Source of the DNA: Phoronis australis
Lineage: Eukaryota; Animalia; Phoronida
DNA length: 64,000 nucleotides
Direction of reading: 5' to 3'
Assembly (NCBI GenBank): GCA_002633005.1
Contig: NMRA01000068.1
Coordinates: forward strand, 384,636-448,635
Shown here in pieces: positions 13,761 to 26,415 of this stretch. A program made the position numbers and the translations under genes. Positions within the stretch are counted from its first letter, which is position 1. Each line of letters starts with the position of its first letter. The notes under the pieces are model-generated. The model saw only the letters and a program-made list of their open reading frames with translations. It ran no database searches and was not told where the DNA came from.

Positions 13761-14095
13761 GTGAGCGTCCAACTTCTCCTGCCACCTCAGATCACAGTTG
13801 CAGCACTGCCCCCTATGAGGAAGAAAGTGGCGAGCAGTGTGCTGACCATCCACCTGCTCCATCTACTGTCTCTCTGACTGCATCACCAGTTATTGTAACG
13901 ACCCCTGTTTTGTCCAAACAAACTGGACCTACTTCCCAGACAGCCCAGAAGGATGCCGACAGTGGTGGTGTAGCCTGCACCATTCTCACCACCGTCACCA
14001 ATTCACCAGCTGCGGTGGTGGTGCCTGCAGTCTCAGCAACTCCTGCATTTCTTCACCATCTTGGTCTTTCTACGAAAGGACCACGTCCTATGCAG
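13761..14095 (+). CDS. Zinc-finger protein exon 3 (S/T/P-rich linker)
   Basis: Polypyrimidine acceptor ttttcttttcaag|13761 (phase 1), frame of ORF 13697-14152, donor CAG|gtggac at 14096 (phase 0, weak donor). Confidence 0.75.
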
Positions 14096-14994
14096 GTGGA
14101 CATTTTGTTCGTCGTTATTACATTTGTTGAGATATTTAGCATTCCTGCTTAGGTGTGACATGATAGATTTATGGATTGAGTGGGGGTTCTTGATTATTTC
14201 TATAGTAAGCTTGTGTTACAAATATTATTTTGTCATGTTTTTTTCATGGTCTCAAGTTTATACTACCTGGTGGACTTTCATATCAAGAAGCAATCTAGTA
14301 CTTTAAAAGAGACCTGAACTACTTGCTTCAGCATTTTAGTATGAATTTTGAAAATATAAAGGTTTTTTCTGACATTCTCATCTTAAATAGTGCACAGTAT
14401 TTTTCTTTTTGGGCATCAACGGACATTCACCTTGCCCGCTGCAGCCGTTAAAATGAAAAACAGCCTAATAATGTCATTTTCTTGCATAATTCTCCACCTT
14501 TTGTAACAAAGAAAAGTCAGTCGTCATTTTGAAAATAGAACCCTCGTGACACGCTCATGCGACATCTCTCGGGAGATGATGACAGGTTTGCATCTGCAAA
14601 ATTAGTTCTGAAATTCGGTTTGCTGGGATTAAAATACTAAAAACTTGAAACGAAATAACACCTATTCTGATTATTTGTTGTGACATTTACGCAACCTCAT
14701 GGACGAGAAGAACCGTTGATTGAACAAAACTGGCCAATAAGGGAATAGGTGACAGTGCCAAAAGTCGACCCAAAAGAGTGCAGCAGATTGAATGGTAGAA
14801 CGTCTTTTTTATCACCTGTAAACAATTTAGTTTACTCAAGGAAGACACTAAATTTGTGTTAGATTTTATTTGGTCAGTTTTTACCCACATTGGCACAATA
14901 GCTGTATATTTAGTATACAGCTTTTCACCAAGGCAAGGCTTCTCGGCCAGGGACCTTGGCCTGAGTTGTACACATAAAGTGAACTATATATATA

Positions 14995-15857
14995 TTTTGC
15001 ATCCACCCCTCTAAAATTGGCATGTATGTGCTTACTATGAAGAGGACGGTTGACAATGATTTTCCGACGATTTTGAATACTGTGGCTCCTAGTGGCAGTT
15101 TTGTTTTTTTGCACCTATGGCTGTATCTCCTAAACCGTTCGCAGGATCTTTACTTAATTTAGCAAGTGTATTTATGTGATGTTGACTACGGATGACGACA
15201 GCTCTGACTACTGCTGTGCCTCCTAGTGTCAATTTTGGTTTTTTACGTTTAACTCGGTATCTTCAAAGGTCCTCAACAGATTTTCATTAATTTTAAATAT
15301 AGGCATCTGTTGCTGTGGTGATGCTATCTGCCTGTTTTTGGATGGAATCGAGGTATTTTGCTCCACCTAGTCGCCACTTTTGCTGTTTTCAAATCTTATT
15401 TTTGGTGTCCATCCCTGTGTCAACCAAATCATTTGAAAATTGGCATATATGTTTTCAGTGTGAAGATGACCTTTGATGATGGTGGCTGATTACTGTGGCG
15501 CCTCCTAGTGGTAGTTTTGTTTTGCGCCCATAGTTATATCTCTTAAACCTACTGCAGGATCTTTACTAAATTTAGTAAGTGTATTTATATGAAGATAACA
15601 ACTGACGACGACGACTTTCAGGCAGATCCAATGGACACTGTGCCCACTAGTGGCAATTTCATTTTATTCTGTTTTCCTTTGTTTCTCTGAAGTTCCTTGA
15701 CAAATTTTTATGAAATATGGCATGTTCCTGTTTTTGGATGGATTGTATGTTTTTTGCGCCATCTAGTTTCCATTTTTACGATACAATAAACAACCCTAAA
15801 AGCACACCATTTGCAATGCATTTGTGGGCGCATTTCAACGCTCTGCGTTGCTCTTGT
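14995..15857 (+). mobile_element. Family A, 5'-truncated copy
   Basis: Collinear with 18400-19008 plus 20525-20726; ends gtgggcgcatttcaacgctctgcgttgctcttgt, 45 bp before exon 4. Confidence 0.8.
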
Positions 15858-15902
15858 TATTTGTTAATTACGCATACATTAATGCATATTCTTGTGTTAC
15901 AG

Positions 15903-16289
15903 GCCTTTTCACCAAATATCAGCGTTGTTCAGTCAACGCCTGTGTCAATTTTAATGCCTGTCAATCAACCACCGTCACCTGTCAGTCAAGGAATACAGAC
16001 CCTAGTTAGCCGGTCAATGCCGGTCATACTGAAAACACCTTCACACCCTTCAACATCTGCTACGGGGGACCGTACTCCACCCATGTCTGCTCTGGGGTAC
16101 CGTACTCCACCCATCACCCCGCTAGCTCACAGCTCTTCATCTACAGCCGATAAAAGTACTGATGTTGAGAACCAAGAGAAATCAACCTTTGTAACACCAA
16201 CCACATCAAGTCCTGCTGTTATGACATCGCCAATGGGTCACAGTTGGAAAACATCACCTTGCAAAGGCTTTTTCATTTGTGCTTTTCAG
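15903..16289 (+). CDS. Zinc-finger protein exon 4 (S/T/P-rich, ends in half finger FICAFQ)
   Basis: Acceptor gtgttacag|15903 (phase 0), donor CAG|gtaaaa at 16290 (phase 0). Joining exon 5 rebuilds FICAFQ|DCEFSSNDANEFRQHNLCSH. Confidence 0.85.
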
Positions 16290-16561
16290 GTAAAAATTTA
16301 TTGTGAAACGTGTAAATTGTGGGTATGGGGGTGCTTGCTTGAACTGTATTATGAAATTTGCCGTAAAAATTGAGAAGATAACATTTTGATAAGTAGAATT
16401 CGTAACAAGGTTAATTGTCTATGGAAATTGAAGAAAGGCCCTTTGGTCAGATTTTACCATTAAGTTGTACTGTGTTGCAGCTCTGATGATAAACCATATT
16501 ATACCACATAAGTCTTGATGCGGCCATGCAATAACCATGTCATATACAATAACCCAAGTGG

Positions 16562-19500
16562 TTATGCTTCTGTATCGGCCAAACCACTCAGAGGACCATT
16601 ATGAAAATTGGCTGCTGTGTTCCTTCTGTGGTGCTCACTGCTGACATTATTTTCTCCTCTGCGGCTGTTACCTACTAAACCCCTCGCAAGATCACAATTT
16701 GTCAAGTCTATTCCTATTAACTTGACATCAGAAGGACGTATCTGATTACAGCTGTGCCTTCTAATTGCAATGTTTTTGTTTTTGTTTTTACGTCTGCCTC
16801 TGTATATTTGGAGTTCCTTGTTGAATTTCCATGTAATATGACTAACAGTTTTGTAACAGAGAGACAACAACACTTCCCAATTTCAGATGGGTTTCATATT
16901 CTACGCCGCCTAGTGGTCACATTTTTGATAGTAGAAACACCATTTGCATTGCAGTTTTGAGTGCATTTCAACGCTCCACGTTGGCTCTTGTTATAGAATT
17001 CGGCAAACAAGTTTCTGTTATGAAAAAGACGATACTTTTCCATTTGATGATGGATTCGACGTATTCTTCCTTTTCACTACTTTCGACTCATCTGCCTTTA
17101 TATACGTCAAACCGATCAGAGGATCATCATGAAAATTGGCATTCGTGTTTCTACTGACAAGCATGATTGATGTGGATTTCCAGATGGGTGCAGCTACTGA
17201 AGTGCCCCCTAGTGGCCTTTTTTGCATCTGGAGCCATCTCTCCCGGACTCCCTTGAAGTTTGGCTAGTGCATTTCTATTAACTAGACAGGTGGACGGACT
17301 GGGCTACTGCTGTGCCTCCTATTGGCAATTTGTTTTTTCACATTCACCCTTGCAATGTTCGGGGTTCTTTGACAGGTTTTCATGAAATTTAGGAAATACT
17401 TTTCTATTCCAAAGACAACAACAACTTCCCATTTAGTGGCCATTTTTATGCTCCCACGGATTTATTTGTGGACTAATAATGCCGTCATCCCTGTTTGCCA
17501 CTGTATGTCTCTAGCTTTTGCTTTGTGGTGGTATTACTGCATAATTTTTATGCGCCCACGTATTGATATTAGGACGCATTATGCCGTTCACTCCGTCCCT
17601 GCGGGCGGCGTCCGTCCGGCGTCCGTCCGGCGTCCGCAGCTCTATCTCCAAAACCCTTTGACATACATTCATGAAATTTGGCACATATGTTCCATTCATG
17701 AATGGGACGGCATGAGCGAACTTTCGGATGGATCCGACTGCTGGTTTCCCCCCTAGTGGCAATTATTGTTTTTTACACTTACCTTTTTATCTTCAAAAGT
17801 CCTGAACAGATTTTCATGAAATTTGGTATGTAGGCACCTATCAGTGAGATGACGCTATCCTTCCATTTTTGGATGGATTCGACGTAGTTTGCGCCACCTA
17901 GTGGCTATTTTTACTGTTTTCGAGTCTGTTTTTTTGCGTCCACCCCAAACAGCTCAAAGGATGATTGTGAAAATTGGCATGTATGTGCTTATTATGAAGA
18001 GGACGGTTGACGATGATTTTCCGACGATTTCAACTACTGTGGCACCTCCTAGTAGCAGTTTTGTTTTTTGTTTTGCGCCTATAGCTGTATCTCCTAAACC
18101 GTTAGCAGGATCTTTACGAAATTTTGGAAGTATATTTATATGATCTTAACAACGGACGGCGACGACTTTTGGACAGATCCGAGTACCGGTCTGCCCCCTA
18201 GTGGCAATTTTAATTTTTTTACGTTTACCTTTGTATCTTCAAAAGTCCTCAACGGATTTTCATGAAATTTAATGTGTAGGCACCTATTAGTGAGTTGACG
18301 CTATCTTCCCGTTTTCCGATTGATTTGACGTAGTTTGCGCCACCTAATGGCCATTTTTACTTGTTTTCAAGTCTGTTTTTTGCGTCCACCCCTCTATCAA
18401 CCAATCCGCTCAAAGGATGATTGTGAAAATTGGCATGTATGTGCTTACCATAAAGAGGACGGTTGACGATGATTTTCCGACGATTTTGACTACTGTGGCA
18501 CCTCCTAGTCGCAGTTTTGTTTTTGTTGCGCCTATGGCTGTATCTCCTAAATCGTTTGCAGGATCTTAACTTAATTTAGCAAGGATATTTATATTATGTT
18601 GACGACGGGTGACGACAACTTTCGGACAGATCTGACTACTGCTGTGCCCTCATGTGGCAAATTTTTTTACATTTAACTCAGTATCTTCAAAAGTCCTCAA
18701 CAGATTTTCATAAAATTTTAAATATAGGCATCTATTGGTGTGATGACGCTATCTTCTTGTTTTTGGATGGAATCGAGGTATTTTGCACCACCTAGTGGCC
18801 ATTTTTGCTGTTTTCAAATCTTGTTTTTGGTGTCCACCCCTGTATCAACCAAGTCATTTGAAAATTGGCATTTTTGTTCTCAGTGTGAAGACGACCTTTG
18901 ATGATGGTGACTGACTACTGTGGCGCCTCCTAGTGGTAGTTTTGTTTTGCGCCCATAGTTGTATCTTTTAATCCCACTGCAGGATCTTTACTAAATTTAG
19001 TAAGTGTACCGTATTCACCGTAATAACTGTCCATGCCCCTATGAGCTCCCCCTCGCGTTTTCAGACTTTGCTAAAATAAGCTCCCAGTCCATGAACGTGT
19101 ATGTGCGAAAAATGCCTTACATAAAGTTCTAAAATTCTGTAGTAACGCCTTCAATTTATCAATAATATCCGACAGTTCTGAAAAAAATCATCGTGTGCAG
19201 AGTCTGTAGACCACAAGCCTCGCCGCTATGTCGGTATTTAGCGGTGACTATGCACTTCAAACTTCAGCCATGCCTCAAAACAAACACAAAAGTTCTGCTG
19301 ATATTGCGAGGACCAATGGTCTGGCCTTTCAGAACAGAAGTAGTGTACTTGTCTGCGGGATTGCTTTGTAGATATTTCCCGCTTTCAACAGGAATCCAGA
19401 TTTCTTTGTAGGCCTACACGTGAAAACCGTGAATCGAAGACTAATAAAAACCTTGGCCAGTGTTAAAAGCACATGGCCAGCATGAACCAGTCATCAAAGA

Positions 19501-20726
19501 CGTTAGTCGGGAACTATCCATTCATGAAACGGGTAGCATAGCATGGGCAAGAAATGTATGTTGGCACTAATGTCCGACAGTTTCTAATACTATAAAAATG
19601 TTTGCATTGTTTTTAAGATGAATTGTTTGATTAACCATAATTGGTGTTTTTAAGCCAAATATCCGATAAAATGACCACTGACAGTGAATGCTTACACACC
19701 CTTACACAGAAAAATAACTGTCAGATAGTCACGTACGCATCCAGCCACACGGCGACTAATCGTACGCATCCAGCCACACGGTGACTAATATGGGCCTTAC
19801 CGAGACAAATGTCGACCGTTGATAGCACATGAGACCGGCAAGTGCTGAATGAAACACGCTCTGGTTTAGGCCTACTGCTTGTGCAAATTTCTTTAGATAC
19901 AATGCACATCTAGCTCATTAGATTGCATGGCTCTGACCAAAAGACAGTGTCTGCTCCGGCAAATGAACTCTGGTGACACGTACGCGCTCGCTTACTCACA
20001 AACGCAGACAACTTTAAAACAAACGTCACTTGACAACGTGTTTTCGTCCAGACTTTTTTCTCATATTGCCGATCATACCTGTAGATGGCAGGATGTAACA
20101 CAGATTTGTACTTAAACCTGCCGTGATCCCGACTCCACGGGAACTCAAAAATCTTAGGGACGCTACTTGGAAAACTTAAGGAGGATTTCAGGTAATTTGC
20201 TTGAGTCAAAACTGTAGTTTTATTCAAGCATTCAAGTCTCCATATCGACGATTGCGAGGCAGGCAGTCGGCGTGTTTTCGCCTTGGGATTTCAGCACAAT
20301 TTTATGTAAAATGATCGTAATTTATCAGCAACGTTTGATAGCAATGCATCACGGTTTTGTAGAAAGTCTTTCATAGATTATAGATACGTCACAGAGCGTA
20401 AATATGACGAATCTTAGCTTCCGATTTCACCCGTTTCGGAGACCGGATTCAACGGCCTTCAACGGGTTATAATAAGCGCCCCCTGAAACGAACTTTTCTA
20501 AGCGCCCTCGGTGGTTATTACGGCATTTATATGAAGATAACAACAGACGACGACTTTCAGGCAGATCCAACGGACACTGTGCCCACTAGTGGCATTTTCA
20601 TTTTATTCTGTTTACCTTTGTTTTACGCCATTTAGTGGCCATTTTATGATACAAATAAATAACCCTGAAAGCATACCATTTGCAATGCATTCGTGAGCGC
20701 ATTTCAACGCTCATCGTTGCTCTTGT
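16562..20726 (+). mobile_element. Family A cluster (several nested/adjacent copies), interrupted by Family B
   Basis: 3' ends at 16991 and 20726; 5' ends near 17444 and 17544 (ttttttatgcgcccac, then cgtccgtccgg microsatellite); ~445-bp higher-order repeats at 17750-18960. Confidence 0.82.
19009..20524. mobile_element. Family B second copy, nested in Family A
   Basis: Inserted at the TA of aagtgTAtttatatgaag (empty site visible near 15578-15595); right TIR lacks its outer ~8 nt. Confidence 0.88.
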
Positions 20727-21061
20727 ATATCCACTTGAGAGTGAAACAAGTATGTTTTGAAATATCGTGTGTCTTAATGTTTCTTGGTTAGTAGCAATGT
20801 CTTGTTGAGTGTCGAACTTTGTTCCGAGGATACAAATGGAACGGAATAAAGATTATTAATAACAAGTGTCTGGTAGTCAACCAATTTTGCATATCTTAAA
20901 CAATGACTTAAGATTCCCTGTGTACCTTACAGATAGGTGGCCACTTTTAACGAACTAAGTTTTTGCTTTGTATGTATTTAGTTAGTTCTTTCTTTGTGTC
21001 TGCTTATTATTACACAACCATTGATATTTCTGTACTCTGATTATCTAAAACATATTATCAT

Positions 21062-22479
21062 TAAGGCTTGATGCTTTGAAATTACCAGGTTGCATTTTGC
21101 GACCTAACCCAAAATCCCAGGTCGCATTGTCAAAATCCAGCTCGCATTCATGAATTCCAGGTAGCAAAAATTTTTCAACCTTTTTCCGCGCCAAAATTGA
21201 TTTTTATATCACCTAGAAAATGTTTCGATCATGACGCTATCCTCCCGTTTTCAGATGGATTCGACATTGCGCCACCTAGTGGCCATTTTTACTGTTTTCG
21301 AGTCTGTATTTTTGCGTCTACCCCTCTATCAACCAAACCGCTCAAAGGATGGTTGTGAAAATTGGCATGTATGTGCTTACTATAAAGAAGACAGCTGACA
21401 ATGATTTTCAGACGATTTGGATTACTGTGGCGCCTCCTAGTGGCAGTTTTGTTTTTTTGCGCCTATGGCTGTATCTCCTAAACCGTTCGCAGGATCTTTA
21501 CGAAATTTAATAAGTGTAATTATATGATGTTAACAACAGACGATGACCTAGCCTATTGAGGAGACAATGACCATGCCTTTCCATTTTGCAAAGTACAACA
21601 TACTACATATATGCCCTCTACTGGCCACTTTATGGTACCAATAAACAACCCTAGACGGATACCGTATACGGTGCAATTGTGGGCGCATTTCAACGCTCTG
21701 CGTTGCTCTTGTAAATATTTAGGAAAGATAATTTTTTTGAAAACTGAATTTGTTGTTGTGTAGAAGGATAGTGTGACTCACTGTAAAGGCTACGTGTCAA
21801 TTTCAAACCACATGCGGTTGTTTTTAGTGCACTACGATGGGTGCTAGCTGGAACTATGGTAGACGGAGACCACTGTCATTAGCTGGCCCCAGTAGAGACG
21901 TTGAAGCTCTTATAGGAGGCCATTTTTACACTGCGTGCTTGTTTCTACCGCACCGGTCAGGAGCATGTGCAATGTTAAATAGGGAGAGTTGCCAACTTGG
22001 GCCACTGAACGAAGGACTGCTCAAAGAAAAAGTTTGATTATGGGAGTATTTGTTTGAGTTGGAAGGAATTTAAGACATCGACGGCCTGCTAAGATGTCCA
22101 TTTATGCGCAAACGGTTCTTATAACAATGTGACTTAGATGTTTAATCTGTGACTGTGAGACATAATTGTCGGAAAAGCTTTCGTCTCTGCTGGGGCCAGG
22201 TACAGGCGGTGGTCACTGTCTAGAAATATGAAGTCATCGAGAAGGTTGTTCACGGTTAGTGTTCTTTTGAACTTGATTCAGCTACAACCAAATAACGGTC
22301 ATATTTGCACGAGTTGTTGTATATTTGTCAGGTATCTGCCGAGAAGTGTAAAAACTCAGCTCACATACGTTGGAAATTTCAGGTCGCACTTTAAGACTTG
22401 ATACAAGCAGGCCAAAATCTCTCGCATTTCCAAATTTCAGGTCGCAAATGTGACGCGTAGCTCGTTATGTCTAGCCCTG
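21062..22479. mobile_element. Possible hAT-like non-autonomous element with a nested Family A fragment
   Basis: Imperfect inverted ends taaggcttga..tctagccctg; caggtcgca/gcgacct subterminal repeats at both ends; 8-bp TSD matches only 5/8. Confidence 0.4.
21229..21712 (+). mobile_element. Family A, 5'-truncated copy
   Basis: Matches the 17850-18150 repeat unit; intact 3' end gtgggcgcatttcaacgctctgcgttgctcttgt. Confidence 0.8.
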
Positions 22480-22835
22480 ATCATAACTTTCGTTATCAGC
22501 TAGCCTTAGAATATCAGCTTTCATAAGCCACGCAGATGGCTAAGTTTCACTATTCATGAATCATAAAACAAAATCAGACAATAGCAACACATCAGTGCAG
22601 GTAAAACATACCATTTGAATATGAGACAAAGAAATAAGAGGAAATAAGGATTATTGTTTGTGTTTTTACTCAAGAATAGACGATCCCTCAGGCGTTTTAG
22701 GTCATGTGGACTTAAGGAAAGCAATGTTGCTCTCATTCAGTCTATGACCTAACATCACCTGCGGGATTGGTCCATGTTTGTATGTTGGTTCTTCTTTCTT
22801 GCACTTCACTGCTACTGTTCACTATCCACTCACAG

Positions 22836-23016
22836 GACTGCGAGTTCTCTTCAAATGATGCCAATGAATTCCGCCAGCACAACTTATGCAGCCACAACCA
22901 TGGCTCCACCTATCCTTGTGTCTATTGCCACCTTCGGTTTGACAATGGCGATGCGCTGACCCACCACATGAGACAACATTCAACAAAGAAACTGTTCCAA
23001 ACCTACCAGTGCACAG
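22836..23016 (+). CDS. Zinc-finger protein exon 5
   Basis: Acceptor cactcacag|22836; finger YPCVYC..HHMRQH; donor CAG|gtacca at 23017 (phase 1). Joins exon 6 as YQCT|VCRF..HHWITVH. Confidence 0.9.
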
Positions 23017-23822
23017 GTACCATGAGAAGCTCTTGTAGATTTAATTATCTCCCAGAAATATTGGGAACAGTTCACAGATTCTTTAGAAGTACAACCATGC
23101 ACCCGCTTTTATTTAATTTAAAGATTGTATTAACCATGTTCTGGTATTAAGTTTCTTCACAAGTATACTTGCTCTTCCATATCATTGTTATCTTGGTCTT
23201 ATTGTTTGAATATGAAACATTCTACATACAGCTTTTTTGCATTGTGAGAACTCAAAAGTGATTCTAATTCTGTTGCGTAAGATGAGGAAAGTTGATGGGG
23301 GTGAAACGGAATTTCATTCAGTCACAGACATTTTGAGACTAAACGTTTGAAGTGTTTTAGTATCCCACTGCACTGCAGTGGCACTTTCACACCTAATGGT
23401 GGAAAAAATATAAAAAACCTGGGATATATCCCATGTAAAATTAAAATGATGCAAAAATGCAGAACACTTCCAAATACCTACGTTATCTAGCGCTAAGGTG
23501 TATTTCATCTTGTCACCACTGTATCAGAAAATGGCTATTGAAATGGATAACAATTAGTTGACCATCTGACAACCTGACCTTTTTAGCACCTGACATTGTG
23601 AGTCTGATTGGTAATAACAAGTTTTCAGTTCTTCTCTAACTTGTAATTCTAATCGGTGTTAGAAAGAAACAGGATGTTTTTAATGCTAAGTGACCTAAAT
23701 TGGAAGTTTATATGACGGAAGGTAAAATGTTATTGCACCTTGTAAGCCAAGGCACTTATTCTTTTCTCTTCACTCAGCAGCATTTCTCACCTATTTTGGT
23801 GGACAAGTGAATATTTCATCAA

Positions 23823-26166
23823 TTTTATGCACTCACATATTTTTAAGTGGGTGCATGTTGCCATCGTCTCTGTCTGGGCGTCTGCATCTCCTAAACCCCT
23901 TGCAGGATCATAATGAAATTTGGCAGATGTGTTCGTATGATGCTGACGACAGACGACAATGAGTTTCGGACCAATCTGTCTACTGCTCTTTCCCCAGTGG
24001 CAATTTTAGTTTTTTGCCTTTGTATTGTTTTAGTTCCTTGATGGATTGTCATAAAATTTTGGATAGGTTTCTATTAAGGAGACCATAACGTCTTCTCGTT
24101 TTCGAATGGATTTGACGTATTCTGTGTCACCTCGTGGCAATTTTTAAAAATTTGAGTATGTCTGCCTTCGTATCTGCCAAAGAAAATGAAGTTTTGTACT
24201 ATTTGACAGATGATTTCCTGATGAGAAGACCGTAGCTGATACGCATTTTGGGACAGTTGTGGCTATTTTGGCGACCCTGAGTGGCAATTTTTGTTTTTTT
24301 CCGTCCACGGGTGTATCTCAACTCTTTGGTGTATCTTAGTGAAATGTGGCAGATATGTTCCCATGGAGATGATAAGAGATGATTTCAAGTTTCTGATCAA
24401 TTCGACTACAGTTGTGCCCCCAAGTGGCAGTTTTAGTTTTTATGCTCTTACATATTTATATGTGGTGCATATTGCCGTCATCTCTGTCTGGGCGTCCTTG
24501 CAGGATCTTGTTGAAGTTTAGCAGGTGTGTTCCTGTGGGGCTGACGATAAAGGACGACGGGTTTTGGGCCGACCTGAATACCACTGTGCCCCCAAGTGGC
24601 AATTTTAGGTTTTTATACGTTTGCCTCTATATCTTTGAGTTTCTTGATGGATGTTTATGCGCCCACATATCTTTATGTGGGCATTTTAATTATTTCTTAC
24701 TCGTTTTTGTTGTCTGCTTCAGTGTATCCAAACTGTGCATAGGATCATTATGATGAGCATGACTGATATTGATTATCAAACGGGTCCAACTACTGTGACG
24801 CCCTCTAGTGATATTTTTTGGATCTAGGGTTTTATCTCCTAAACCCTTTACAAGATGTTTTTGAAATTTTGCAGTTGTATTCCTGTTAACTTGACAGCAG
24901 ATGGATGGATGTGACTACTGCTGTGGTTCCAATTTTTTACGTTTGCCTTTGTATCTTTGGAGTTCTTTGACGGATTTTCATGAACTTAGGCAAATAGTTT
25001 GGAGAGACGGCACCTTCCCATTTTTCCATGGGTTCAATGTATTCTGTGCCATCTAATGGCCATTTTTTATGACACAAATAAACACCCCTAGAAGCAGCAC
25101 CGTTTGCAGTGCAGTTGTAGTCGCATTTCAGTGTTCCGCGTTGCTCTTGTTTTACGTTTGCCTCTGTATCTTTGGAGTTCATGGATGGATTTTTCTGAAA
25201 TTTGGCAAATAGGTTTCTATAATGTGACAACTATACCTGTCCATTTTTGCATATTTTGCACCATTTTTATGACTTTGAATTTGTTTTTGTAGCGAATTCC
25301 TCTTTTTCTGCCAAACTATACAAAGGATCATTAGGAATCATATTAGTTGTGTTCTGGTGATTTTCGTGTGGTTGTGACTTTTGTAGCGTCCCCTAGTGGT
25401 GACTTTGTATTGTTTGCAAACATGGTTGCAGCTCCTGATTTCTTGGCATGATGTTTGTGAACTTTGACTCGTGTTTTTCTATGGATGTGACAATGGGAGT
25501 CCATGACTTCCACAGTTGCCCCCCAGTAGCAATTTTATTTTTTTGCCTTTGCTGTGAGTTCCTTGTTTTTTCTTAAACTTTGGCAAACAATTTTCCATTG
25601 AAGATGACAGCATCTTTCCACTTTATGATGGATTTGACATGTTCTGCGCCACCTAGTGGCCATGTGAAATATTTTTGAGTCTTCTTTTTTGTTGTCTGCT
25701 TCTGTATCCTTTGAACCACTCAGAGGATTGTTATGAAAACTGACAGATGTGTTCCTTCAGACATGAGCGTGACTGTCGTTGATTTTCAGATGGGTCCAAC
25801 TACAGTGGTGCCCCCTAATGACATTATTTTTGCATCTGTGGCTGTATCTACTAAGCCCTTTGCAAGATTACAATTTGTCAAGTCTATTCATGTTCCTATT
25901 AACTTGACAACAGGTGGACGAATTCGACTACAGCTATGCATTTTAATGGCACTTTGTTTTTTTTAATCTGCCAGTCTGTATCTTTTGAGTTTTTTGGTGG
26001 ATTTTCATGAAAGTTGACAAGAAGTTTCATAGAAAGACGATGATGCTTGCCCAATTTCAGATGGGTTTGACGTATTCTGCGCCATTTGACATTAAAAACA
26101 CCATTAGAAGCGCACCATTTGTGTGGCAGTCATGGGCACATTCCAACACTCCGCGTTACTCGTGTT
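23823..26166 (+). mobile_element. Family A cluster, diverged copies
   Basis: 5'-end hairpins near 23823, 24437 and 24655; 3' ends near 25150 and 26166; recurring ccc(t/a)agtggc motifs. Confidence 0.75.
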
Positions 26167-26415
26167 TAACAAAGATAGCTATTAAGAAAATGTTAGTCCA
26201 TGAGTAGCTTGGTTGTGCTCTGTAGATGTCTTAAAACAGGAATTGAAATAATTTCCATTATTTGCATCAAAGTTAGGAGTCTTTGAATTATTTTTGTGCG
26301 AAATATGTGACGAATTACCTTGCTTTTGTGTATTTTTTAAGAAAAAATGTTGGGAAGCCTTCTTTCCACATTGGTGAAATCTCTGGCAAACTTGTAACTT
26401 ACTTTTTCATTTCAG

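Noticed and set aside
12426-18143. Recurring short ORFs (MIVKLG/MILKIG..VADDDF) as a peptide family
   Set aside because: Translations of the Family A tandem unit; frames and stops differ among copies.
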